Shown: piece by piece, positions 12,200 to 24,132 of the stretch | How positions within the stretch are numbered: the stretch's first letter is position 1 | Layout: each line of letters opens with the position of its first letter | From: Camelus ferus | Lineage: Eukaryota | Reading direction: 5' to 3' | Assembly (NCBI RefSeq): GCF_009834535.1 | Contig: NC_045696.1 | Span: 90,956,001 to 91,020,000, forward strand | DNA length: 64,000 bases | The notes under the pieces: generated by a model | The model's database searches: none | Seen by the model: only the letters and a program-made list of their open reading frames with translations | What the model was told of the DNA's origin: nothing | Made by a program: the position numbers and the translations under genes

Positions 12200-12760
12200 C
12201 ATATGAATGGATAAAGAAGATGTGGTATATATACACAGTGGAATATTATTCAGCCCTAAAAATGAAGGAATTCCTGCTATTTGCAATATCATGGATGAAG
12301 TTTAAGGGCATGTTATGCTAATAAGTGAAATAAGTCAGACAGAGACGACAAATACTGTGTGATTTCACTTATCCCAAATACTGTGGAATCTAAAAAGGTT
12401 AACTCACAGAAACAGAGTAGAGTGGTGGTTGCTGGGTGTTTGTGGGGGTGGGGAAAATGAGGAGAAGTCAAAAGAATACAAACTTCCAGTTATAAGATGA
12501 GTAAGTTGGGGGATCTAATGTACAGTGTGGTGATATAGTTAATACTGTGTTGTATCAACCTGAAAGTTGATAAGAGACTAGATCTTAAAAGTTCTCACCA
12601 CACACACAATTATATGAGGTGATGAATGTGTTAACTAACCTTATTGTGATAATCATTTCACAACATATACATATATCAAATCATCACATTGTAAACTTTA
12701 AACTTACACAATGTTACGTGTCAGTTATATCTCAATAAAGCTTGAGGAAAACCTCAATAA
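12200..12760 (+). mobile_element. L1 3' end (L1MA9-like)
   Basis: 'atgaatggataaagaagatgtggtatatatacacagtggaatattattcagcc' through 'tatatctcaataaagct'; possible degenerate TSD catgaa(t/c)aacaac near 12184 and 12762. Confidence 0.9.
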
Positions 12761-12784
12761 ACATGAACAACAACAAAAAACCAT

Positions 12785-13010
12785 CTTTCATGTTGAGCAC
12801 ATGCACTAGTGTCTGGCACTGTACTAAGTACATCACAAGCATTATGCTAATTTAATCTTCGCCATAACTGTGATCTAGTTACTATCATTGGTCCCCTTTC
12901 ACAGATGGAGATACTGAGGTGTAGAGAGGTTAATTTACTCAGAGCTACCAAGGTAGCTGGGGTTGGGATTTAAATCTGTGTCTCCAGACTTTAATAAAGC
13001 TCAACATGTT
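12785..13010 (-). mobile_element. MIR SINE
   Basis: 'ggcactgtactaag...tttaatctt...cccctttcacagatggagatactgaggtgtagagaggttaa...ggttgggatttaaat'. Confidence 0.85.
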
Positions 13011-13297
13011 TACTCATTGTGCCATATGTGCACACAGCAGTGCCAAACACTGATGGCAAAGTTGGTGGAGGGGGAGTTTGCACTGGTTTCCACAGACACC
13101 TGTCAAAATCAGAAGCAGGATCAAACCTTATATTCAGTGACCAAAGGTCAACAATCCATACACTGAATGAGACATGAGGAGGGGAGGGTGGCAAGGAACT
13201 TCAACCTTGGCAGTACCAGAAAGCACAAATTGAATGTCAGCAAATTGGTGTTTTATTTTTTTACATTAATGTACCATTATCATCATGTATGTTTTAG

Positions 13298-13845
13298 TGA
13301 GTAGATTATGATGATGATGGCCCTGAATGAATCAAGCCCCCCTGTGTCTATCCATTTTGCCATGTAACTTTACCACTACTCCCATCAAGAAGTGGAATCT
13401 ATTTCTCTACTCCCTTGAGTCTAGCTGACCTTGGGACTTTCTTTGACCAATAGACTGTAGCAGAAGAGATGTGTGGGCTCCAGAAGAACTTAAGGAGCCT
13501 TGTGGCGTCTGCTCTCACCATCTTGAAGCTGAGATGATAATGCTGTAAAGAAGTCCATTTTAGCCTGTTAGAGGATGGGAGGTCGTTGACTGAGGAATAA
13601 ATTGGAATAGATTGAGATCTCTGCTAAGAGCTAGTACCAACTTAAGACATGTGAATAGGGCTGTCCTGGACCCTCGAACCTCAGTCAAGCCACCAAATGG
13701 ATGATGGCAGCCTCATCAACGATCCATGCAAGATCAGTAGAGGAACTGCCCAAGTTGGCAACTCATCAAATCATGAGCAGTAACAAATCATTGTGGTGTT
13801 AAGTCCCTATGTTTTGGGGTGGTTTGTTATGCAATGAGATAACAG
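13298..13845 (+). mobile_element. MaLR LTR (MLT1G/H-type)
   Basis: 'ctcccatcaagaagtggaatctatttctctactcccttgagtct...tttgaccaatag' and 3' end 'ttttggggtggtttgttatgcaa...gataaca'. Confidence 0.8.
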
Positions 13846-15519
13846 TTTTGGTAATTTTAATAATACTTGAAATTATGTAACATCTTGCAGGTATTTTCGT
13901 AAAAATCCTTGAGGTGCGCAATTTGAGATGGAGAGTGATTGGCTCAGTGTCACATGGCTGAAAGGTAACAGAATAGTATTGGAACCTGGGTCTTGACACT
14001 AGGTGTCAAATACTGGAGCATGAGCTCCAGTAATCCTGTTTCCTTTGATTAAAGGAAAAAAATAATATTGGTTCATTTGGAAGTTGACGTAATTATGTAT
14101 TTAATAGATTTGGATGACAGGTATTAAGTACAAGTATTTGCTCTCATTTAAATGTCTCTGGAAAGTGCATTGGAGACCATCTACACAGCCTCTGAAAAGT
14201 GTGTGTTCCCAGGCTCTGAAGTCATTCATGGCTTTTTCTTTTTACCACGAGGCTTGGTTATGAGTTCATTACTTACACTGGAAGGGAGTTCCCAATAAGG
14301 CATAATTATTAGGAAGTTACTTCTCCTTCCATTTAGTTTCTTGAAGTAGCAAAAATAAGTTTCATTTTGAAAGATCAATGCAAACCAAGTTAACCATCTG
14401 AAAATGCTGTAGAACATTACGGGAGAATTATCTTGCAGTACCACAGGGACCATTTGGTGGGCTTGTTTCGAAAACAAAGCAAAAGCAAGACAGAGCAAAA
14501 CTGAACTCGGCTTCTCTAGAGATAGAATCTTTAACTTTTATCCAGTTTAACACTCATTTCCAGCTGTGATTGAACACCAAGAGCATTTGTTTTTTGTTTT
14601 TAAACATCCTGTGCCATTAAGTTTTATATGTTTTTTTGTTGTCAAGAAAGACAGGCTGTCATTTTCCTTTAAAATAAACCATCAAACAACTGGCAAAAGT
14701 ACAAGGAAAGGTTCTTCAAGTAGCGTCCCACCCCGAAATGGTAAAGAAAAAGGTTCCTGGAAAGTACACAGTTTTACCTCTGACCAAGTTACTTGTTGTG
14801 TTTGTAACAGTGTAGACATTTGCTTCTGGAAAATGGAAGTGATTTGTAGAACCATTTGCTATTAACTTAAGCAGCTCTTGTATGCAGAAGACTTGTTTGA
14901 CTTGAACAAATACACATTTGTTTTAACTCTAAAGTGACATAAAATCAATAAAAAAGTAGAAATAGAGATAATTTTGTAAGCTGGCTTTTTACCAAAATTG
15001 AACCCTATAATATTGGTTGACAGAACTGTTGACAGTAATTTTGAACACGTAAAAACTTGTACATACTCCAGGTTCACTGAAGTTATATGTGAATGTCTTT
15101 TCTCGGCAACTCAAAATGGCATTTGGTGTGTTAAGCCAGTTATTTAAACATGGCCTAACTATTGCATAACGTGTAATGTTAAAGTGACCATAATGTGATT
15201 TCCTAGTCTCTGAAAAGCTACCTAAAAAAATTCTATTGTTCTGCTGCGATTATGCAGATGAAAAAAAGATCCAGGCTCTTGTTCCCATATTCTATATTCT
15301 GTTTATTAGGTGATGGTAGAAAATATGAGGATTAAAAAAAAAGTCCAATGTCTATTTGTTTCTAATTTTCTTTCTGTTAATGTCACTGTAAATTTCGATG
15401 TCATATTCCCTCATGTTGCTGTCCCTAATCTGACAGTGTCAGAGGATCTATCTTCATTTTCTCACTCGTTTCATAATCTAATCCTCAGCTCTAACATGCA
15501 ATTAGTGCCCTCTTCGACC

Positions 15520-15860
15520 CCTGCATACCAAACAGGCCGATTGCTACAGCTTTCCCTGTGCAATCCGTTTAGCGAGGCTGCCCATAATGAATATGTACAT
15601 TTAGAAGACCTCAGTGCAGAGGGTCACAGGCAATCAACCTTGAATTCAATTATGCGAGTCAAGGTTAATGACTCGCTGCAGTGGTCAGAGGCATTCAGAA
15701 TCCTGCAGATTAAATCAGCCTGTCAGAGCTGACAATGTAGAAAGGACAGAATTACTTGTGTGAGAAACAGGGAATGTGCAAAGATAAAATGGTGTCAGTC
15801 CTCAACGAAGATTACATGGAGTCCTCAGTGGCAAATCAGATTGTAAATCTCCTCTGGACC
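15520..15860. promoter_or_regulatory. Candidate enhancer / conserved non-coding element
   Basis: Repeat-free block with retained CpGs, nested palindromes at 15636-15676, TCAAGGTT nuclear-receptor-like half-sites, and TGTCA/TGACA and TAAT motifs; conservation inferred, not measured. Confidence 0.45.
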
Positions 15861-16639
15861 CGCAATATAATTAGTCTACATAAAGATGTTTCTAGATTCT
15901 AATACAGAGCCACTAATAAGACCTCCTGAACTCCACCCTCACTAGGTACCTTCATTTTTTACCTCATCATTAACAACTTCTGATTTGTGTGATCTTTTAC
16001 AACACAACATTTAATTGGTAGAAAAAATTAAAAATTTTTTTGCCAGTTGTTTTATACTACATTTTCCCTTAATTTTCTTTTAAGCCCTTGTCTTGATAAG
16101 ATGGACCATAACTAGTTGGGAAAAAATTAGAATTAGGTTAAAAACAGTGTTGCTCATAAAAACAGGTCTCTTATGATTTAAAATAAATGTAAAGTACATG
16201 TATATTAAAATTTTGTTATAAATTTGTTATATATGTTGTTATATTTGTTAAACAAATATAAATTTTATTAGTATTTGCTACAGAGACTAACCATTTTTAT
16301 TATATGCTAAGATATGTATGTGTTCCCCAAATTCACGTGTGAGAGAGAAACATTCCTCTTTCTTTCCGTATTTTCTCCAGAGCAGAGTCCTTGATTTAGA
16401 CTCATTTCTAGGTGGAGAATCTCTGATCTGTGAATAATCATTGGCAACACATTTCTTGCATATTAAGAAAGAATGTTCAACAATTGTCTATTCCTTAAAA
16501 TGACAGAAATGTTCTTTAAATTAGGCTTCATTAAGAATTTTTTTTGTGATTTTCAGTATGTTAAATTCAACAGAAAAGTTATTCTTCCTTTATTTTCCTT
16601 TTCTTTCTTTTTTTCCTCCTTCTCTTTGTGTCTCCCTTT

Positions 16640-17120
16640 TCCCCTATATTTATTGAGCACATACTATGTGTCCTGATTGTGTTAATGCAGAATCAGGGGT
16701 AAGCTGTCTTAATCTGTAAGGAGCTCACAGTGAAGTAAAGGAAAAAGGAAGTAACTAGTTAAATGGACAATACAGTCTGGTGAGTATTGCAGTAGAGGAT
16801 TTTGTAAAATACTATGCTAGGCCCCAAGGAGGAGGCCATGGATTCATGACTCTGTGGAATGTGCATGTCAGGGCATAGAGGTGGTATGTTAGGAGGTGAG
16901 GCTCAAACAGCAAGGAAGACTTCACATAGAAGGGAATATTTGAGTTGAGCTTTGAAGGAAGAATCAGAATTTTTCCAAGCAAATAATTGGGAAAAGACCT
17001 TTTTGGCCTAGAGAACAACATACGCAAACATGTAAGATGTTTTGCAATGGCAGCAAGTGAGCTGGCTGGGCACACAGCAGCGGGAGGCAAAGTGGAGAGG
17101 TCACTTGGTGCCTTGAGTTC
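16640..17120 (-). mobile_element. L2 LINE 3' portion
   Basis: 'atatttattgagcacatactatgtg...aaggagctcacag...aggaagacttcacatagaagggaatatttgagttgagctttgaagga'. Confidence 0.8.
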
Positions 17121-18079
17121 CCCATGTTCTAGTGTCAGTAAACTGTTCAGCAAGTTTTGTCATAAGGCAAGAGTCATTATCTAAACCAAATTGTATCTCT
17201 CTTTCCCATTCATCTTTTCAGTACATCTGGGGGTTTTTAACGTTGGTATTGCTAAAGTAGGCTTATAGTGCCTGTTACTTTACGTCCTACAGTAGGTGCA
17301 AAGGAGGTCTGCTTCCCAGCAGATTTTGGTGGGGAGGAGAGTATGTGGCCCTGCTCCTCTGTCTTCACTTTGAGGACCCATGGGGGACCAGCCTTGGTCC
17401 AATCAGAACACCCAGCCATGGTCATGTGTTGAGCAGAGGGCTTTCTTGGTGTGTTTTGGCCCTCAAAGTGGATATCCATTCTTTTGTGGCTATGAACCTG
17501 GGCTTACACAATTTCCTGTGATGGCTGTTTTCTCTGCTCATCTTTTCTGCCAAGATATATCCTTTAAGTCTTGAGTTCTCATTCTCTGGGATGACCTTCC
17601 CACACCATGGGGCCAATGGTAAGCTCATCTACTTCCGGCCTCCAAGCACTTGCTGCCTAGAACATGAAATTGGCTAACAGTCAGTGCTGAGGTGCCCCGT
17701 TTCTCATTTGATTCTTGTGTCTTAATTACTGAGAGAATTATTGTTTAACTACTCATTTAAAGCTTGCCCATAGATGGCCCACATTGCTTGGTGTGATTGG
17801 GCCCTAGTTCCTCTTACTCAGTGGTTTTTAATGCTAGTGGGGAAAAGGGAGGGTTGACAATACATGAGAGAATTTTTTGTTGTCTCAGTGACTGGGATGT
17901 ACCAGGGAGACTACTGTCTGATAATGTACAGAACAGTCTAGCAATGAATGGGGATTGGGCAACACTGAATTTTGATGCAGTAGCTTTATCCTTCATTAGA
18001 GACCTCACACAAGAAGTTACTTTAACTGGAAGGCTTTTCCCCCCCAGACTTCCCCTGGCTAGCAATTCTTCATCTTGCA

Positions 18080-18320
18080 GGTGACAACCTTATACAATGT
18101 TGATGTTTACCCCTCAAATATTATTCACTCTACAGTTCCTTTCTCACTCCATTCATAGCATGCATTGTAATAAATAACATATATTTGTAATTATTTATTT
18201 CTTATTTATTATTACCCTTACGTCCATGAGGGCAGGAACTTTTGTTGACTTTTTTTAACCATTCAGCATCAAGGACAGTCATTAACACACAGTTGGCATT
18301 CATAACTATTTGTTGAATTA
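18080..18320 (+). mobile_element. L2 3' end
   Basis: 'tccatgagggcaggaacttttg...acacagttggcattcataactatttgttgaat'. Confidence 0.7.
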
Positions 18321-18336
18321 TTATTCTGGTCTAGAT

Positions 18337-18541
18337 AGGGCTTTCAGATTTAGCAAATAAAAATATAAAACATTCAGTTAAATTTGAGTTTCAGATAAAC
18401 AATGAACAATTTTAAAAACATAAATATTCCTCAAATATTATGTGGGACATACTTATATTAAATACCTATACTAAAAAATGATTCTTTGCTTAGGTGAAAT
18501 TCAATTTTAACTTGTCATCTTGTATTTTATTTGACAGCCCG
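18337..18541. mobile_element. MER53 palindromic MITE
   Basis: 'cagatttagcaaataaaaatata...cagttaaatttgagtttcagataaacaatgaa' ... 'tgaaattcaattttaact...tgtattttatttgacagccc': long terminal inverted repeats matching recalled MER53. Confidence 0.85.
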
Positions 18542-20589
18542 AATCTAAGTTATTAATAGCCTGAGGGCAGGTACCATATGTTATCATACCTCTTTCTGTT
18601 CTTTCCACTACCACAACTAGTGCCTTCCAAAATTAGGCAGTCAAACATGTGCTGGTGTTATTTGACTGAAATATATCCCATTTGAGTATAACTTAGGATT
18701 GACTCTCTCTATTAATAGATTTCCTAAGTGAAATCCTAGCGTAATAAGTTTCTTTAGAGTAAAACAAGAGTGAAAAATGTCTCTTCCCTGGGTCTTTTTT
18801 TTTTTTTTTTTTTGTCTAGCTATGGTTATTGGAGTTACTCCTATAAATTTTTTTCCCCGTTTCTTTTGTTAAGGCCTTTAATTCAAAGCATTAGTTGTGT
18901 TATGAGACATTTTAGCTGCCAATCTAAAAGCAAGCTCCATTAGTCACCTTCATTTTAAGTGAGCTTGGTATTATTCATAGGACACTTTGTTCCAGAAGAT
19001 TATTCTGAGTCATGTTGAAAAATGTCCTCTAAACAGGATTCAGTGATGGCTTGTGGCCAAGGAGCTGTCAGTGGTTTTATAGGGACAGGGGTTCCTCTCA
19101 TTCAATTCCATCCGAATTCCAAGCAAGAAAAATGGTCTGGGGCTAGTTGTGTGAGCCACATAGCCCAGAAATGACTGAAGTAATGAGAGGGCTATAGCTG
19201 GGTTACCAGTCCCAAATTTGGCCAAGTCCACCATTCTTGGTTCCCATGTGGTGCCGTGCTGCAGAGTGCTACACTCTGAGTCCTCCCTTCCCTCCTTTTG
19301 TACGTGGATTTGTCGGAGGAAGCATGAGTGTCTGGAAGAAGCCCCTCCAGGCTTCAGGCTTGGAATCCTGTGGGTCTTTTGGCAGGAAAAGTGGTAGATG
19401 AAGTGTGTGAATGCATTTGTCATTTGTCAGCAATTCTCCCAACAGTAAATATAGATGAAAGAGCAAACATACACTAGTTAGAAGAATGAATGAATGAAAC
19501 CAAGGAAAGAAGAATGAAATTTAGATAGCTGAGGAGATATGAGTTAAATAGGAGATTCTGTTGAGTGGTCTAATACATGTCAATAAAAGGAATTAGAGTT
19601 ATATAAAGTTGTATAATGCCAGAAATTGTTGTGATTGTCTTTGTTGTCATCAACATCATTTTCATTTAAAATTATTCCAAAGCCTCAAAATTATTAAAAA
19701 AAAAAACCAATAGGATCTAAAATTTAATCTGACTTTGCCCAGACCTTCCAAACAAAAGAATACTTATCTCTTCCTAAGTTAGATTGTTACTGTTATGATT
19801 TAGATTACATAGTTAAGAACAGTTAACATTGCAGAAGATTTTTATAACCTTTATTCTGTATGAATAGTATTTCCAGGTTTGTGCCTATGCAGTAAACCCA
19901 GAATTGTTTTGGGAGAGCAGAGTGTAGTTGCTCCCAAGTCATCTTCTGGTTGCACATGCTCCACTTCTGTGTCCTTGCCATATCTTTGTGTTTTCCTTCT
20001 TTTTCTATATCTTTAATATTATTCACCAAAAATAATTTTTTCTCTCCATATTCTTTGCCTGATCCTCCCAGGATTTCAATTTTTCAAGAAAGCCATCTGA
20101 TTCTATTAAGAAGCAGACAATGAAACAAATGCTTCCAAGCCCAGACTAGCCTGGGAGGTCTGGCCAACACAGATAGCATGCGACACACGGGAGACCCTCG
20201 TGATAAATGGGTCACACACCCAATTCAATTTTAGATTATTTATGCTAAGTCAGGCCAGTCTTGAGTTTACTATAATGTCCTATTATTACTCCCCAGCTCC
20301 CTTCCTGATCAGTGGAGGTGATAAAGTAGGCTAGTTGAGTCTTTCTCAAACTCTGTGGTGTTCTTTCCACTGTTGCTGTGTGAATACTCTGTGCCCTTTA
20401 TGGAATTATGGAAGCTTCTTTTAATGACAGTTAACACTAGTTTTCTGTTCATACTGGTAATGTAAAAATCACCTTTATAAGTAAATTAAGAAATTGATTT
20501 TTAAAAATTAAATTACTAATAGTACAAAAGGTAAGTGGGTACAGCTAAAGTAGTAAGGTTGTCCAATAATGACCTAAGTTTGAGAAATC

Positions 20590-20880
20590 CTGGGTGAAGT
20601 TTCACTAATTGGCTCATTCAGAGGACACTGCACTGTTTTAGCCACATAGCACCAGCTGATCAGCCTCAAGTTGTATGAGCAGAGCTACCTTTGCAAGAAT
20701 AAAGGAAGCAATGGAAGTTTCAGGATCCATTACTATATGAATTATGGATTAAATCAGTAAGGGTTCTGAGCTATAGATTGACATGATGCATCCTGTCAAA
20801 GGACCACTTATAAACTTGGAAGTTCATTTATGATGTAACATTTCAAAAGCCCATTTATTAAAATCTCTATGCCCTGGATT
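20590..20880. promoter_or_regulatory. Candidate enhancer-like block
   Basis: Repeat-free block with ctaattgg, ttatggattaaatca, ttgacat/ctgtcaaag, tttataa, ttttatga and tttattaa motifs. Confidence 0.3.
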
Positions 20881-22169
20881 GATGATACTGTCTTTTCTCA
20901 AAATATATTTTAGTCTTAAGTGAAGGGAAGAGAAAAGAAAAGACAGCTTTCTTTCTAAAGTGACAGGAGACTATTGCAATAGTCCAGGTGAGTGATGTTG
21001 AAGGCCTGAACTGAGCCTTGGCTATGGGGATGGTTTGCAGAAACATTAACAGGCAGAATCAATAGGGCTTAGTCACCAGCTGGGTCGTCTCCCAGTTTAA
21101 AGGTCTTTGAAAATGGGTCTCAACCTTGTTCATCCTTATAGCTGCCCCCAGGGCCTGTGAGTGTGCTTTGTACACATTTGGCCTTTTCAGAAATAAAAGT
21201 TTTAAAAGGAAATAAATGTAAACCAGTTTTCTAAGGGGCTTCCTCAGTGCATGTTGATAGATAATAAAAATATACTTTATAAATTAAAAAAAACATAATG
21301 TGAAAAATGCATATTGAATGTACAGTGATATTAAAGATGACAAATTGGGTTGTAGATGCAGTGAAGTAAAAGTCACAAAATACAAAATGGCGCCGATGTT
21401 GTTAATTAAATGCTACAACAGACTGCAAAGCAGGATCTGTGTTGGGTTGATTCTTCTGGTAAATAGAAAAGATATAAAGATTCATTCATTCATCCATATA
21501 GTCTATAAATATTTATTGAGCACATTGATTATGGTTTTATGGATCAGCAACCCCAAGCATGAGGTGGCCAGAACAGGTCACCAACACTGTATTTCAGAAG
21601 TAAATGCTCTGCCCAGGAACTGCTAGCTAAGTGGGACGTTATTTACTGGTGCCGACAAATTAAAAACATAAATAATATTCCAGTGTCTAAATCTTTTCAA
21701 TAAACACAATTTATATGAGTTTTGTATATGTAAAGCACAATCTCCCAGTGGAAAAACACTTTATTGATAATTCATGTTTTACCAAGTGAGGGGCAATTGC
21801 TAAAGTAAAAACCGTTCCCTGATTCTGGTTGTATTAATAGCTTCCCCCTGGCCCCCACCACCAGCCAACTCAAATATATTCAGAGATTAATTTGTGGATA
21901 ATAAAAGTGTCTATTTGGTCAACTTTGATTCATTCATTTCTAAATGGGTGGCTTGAGCATGGCATTCATGTGTTTGACTCCCAGTTTGATTCCAGGTCAA
22001 CTTTAAGAAATGGCACCCAGCAGAGGGGCTGCCTCTGGTCTTACTCATATGCTCTCTTGGGTGTGGCCAACCTCAGGCAAATGGATGAAGCTTGGGTAAC
22101 TTGTATTTGATGGCCCTAGACTAGGTTACAGGGAGGAGTTGCCTCCCCTCAAGCCCACTTCTTTCATGC

Positions 22170-23135
22170 CTACTCATCCCAACTTTAAAATCCATTCTCT
22201 ACTCAGCAGCCAGAAAGATAATAACCCCCTCCCCCACAAAACCTTAACTGAATCATGTCACCATTCTTTTGAAACATCATGATCTGTGCAGAGCAGATCC
22301 TGACTCTGCCTCGACTGACCCTTCTTAACCTATGTCCTCTCTTTAAAAAAAATCGAAGTAACATTGGTTTATAAGATTATATAAGTTTCATGTGTACAAC
22401 ATTGTATTTCTACTTCTATATACCCTATAGTGTGCTTACCACCAAAAATTCAGTTTCCACCTGTCACCATACAGTTGACCCCAATTACCCATTTCACCCT
22501 TCTCCCCAACCCCTCCCCTCTGGTAACCACTGCTGTGTCTTGGCATCTATGTGTTTGTTTTGTTTGTTCACTTATTTATTTATATTCCACATATGGTGAA
22601 ATCATATCGTATTTGTCTGTCTCCATCTGACTTATTTCACTTAGCATAACACCCTCAAGATCCATCCATGTTGTCGTAAATGGCAAGATTTCATCTTTTT
22701 TTTTCCTTAGCCTGTCTCCATTTGATTATCGTATCTCAGCCACATTGATCCTTATTCCATTCCTCATACTCCCAAAGTTCTTTCTTCCTTATCCTTCTCA
22801 TAAGCTGTTCTTGCAGAGAATGCGCTTCTCCCAGCTTGAAGTCTGGTTGACTCCCACTGACCTTTTAGGCCTTGGTTAGGGAGGCCTTCCCTGATCACTA
22901 GTCTGAAGTAGACGACCTCACTTTATCCACTGCAAGTATCACTCATAAAATTCTATACTTTTTCTTCATAGCACATCATAATTTGTTATCATGTCTTTAT
23001 TTACATACTTGTTTACTATTTGTCTCTAGTCTAAAGTCCATGAGAATAACATGCCTCTCTTGTTGACCATTGAATAATTAGCACAGAGCTTCTAACAGGC
23101 ACACAGCAGGTAATCAATAAATAGTTATTGAAAAT
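22170..23135 (+). mobile_element. L2 LINE 3' portion, interrupted by L1
   Basis: 'aatccattctctactcagcagccagaaagat...catgtcacc' before the L1, then 'cagccacattgatcc...agggaggccttccctgatcac...gtaatcaataaatagttattgaa' after it. Confidence 0.8.
22345..22705 (-). mobile_element. 5'-truncated laurasiatherian L1 3' end
   Basis: 'gaagtaacattggtttataagattatataagtttcatgtgtacaacatt...tgacttatttcacttagcataacaccctcaagatccatccatgttgtcgtaaatggcaagatttc'. Confidence 0.9.
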
Positions 23136-24132
23136 GTTGACTGTAAACATTTGTTCATTCAAATTCAATAAGTCAATTTTTGTTGAGGCATAAACTTCAG
23201 GTAAGACTTAAAACAGAGTTGTGCCTCTGTGGACAAAGGAATTTTTAGAGTTCAGGGTATAGTTTGTGGTCATAGAAGGTATTTTATCTATACTCTTGAA
23301 ATTGTGCCATGTGGAAAGGCTGACAGGGTCTAGGCATTGTGTAGTCTTTGGCTCTGATATTTTCCTTTGTGACTTTAATACTGCCTGGGGGACAGCCTGA
23401 GCTGCTTGGACTTAGTATCTCCTATCAGAGGCACTATGGCCTTGTTTGCCTCAAGTCCTTGAATACGTGCTGTCTCCATGTGCCATATATTTTCAGCTGT
23501 AACACTGGCTAATAGAGGATATCAACAAATGGGGCAAGATTAGTGTCAGTTTAATGAAATTTAATAAATCAAGCAGATTGATTTTAGTTTAAACATTGGC
23601 CGGAACAGGAGAAAAATCTTTGTAATTTCTATAAGGTCTAGCCTAGCTCCCTTCTTTGAGGGGCTTCAGGGATATTTTGGGGTTCCTTTTGTTCTAATTT
23701 CCTTGATTTCTACTTGGCCTTAAGCTTTGGAGCTCTCCATATTATTATCAGAGTTCGAGGCAGGAAGAAGAGCAGAACAGTAGAACAGAAGAAGAACCTA
23801 GGAGAGGAAATGCCAAGAGACAGATTCCCACAAATGGTGCTGTTATTCCCATTTTTAAGAGAATTGAATGCAGGAACAGATTTTAACTTTTTCAAATATT
23901 CCGCTGAATGCTTTATCTCCTACTATGAGGGCCCCAAACTACCCTTGACCTTAACTCATGCTGTTTTCCTCTTCTGCTTGGCAGAACTGGGGATGAGCAC
24001 AGGGAGGCCTGAGATCTCATTACAAGTTGAGACTATGCCATAGTATAAATTGTGGCATTGCCCACCTGTATTGCTATACTTCCAAAATGGGCCATGTGTT
24101 TGGATTTTGGATTTGGATGAATATTCCTTCTC

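Noticed and set aside
15310..15732. 140-aa ORF over the enhancer-like block
   Set aside because: Non-ATG start call, no recognisable protein and no convincing splice boundaries.
20528..20536. Perfect splice donor AAG|GTAAGT (also CAG|GTAAGA at 23198-23206)
   Set aside because: No convincing upstream acceptor or coding frame; isolated consensus donors are expected by chance in 64 kb.
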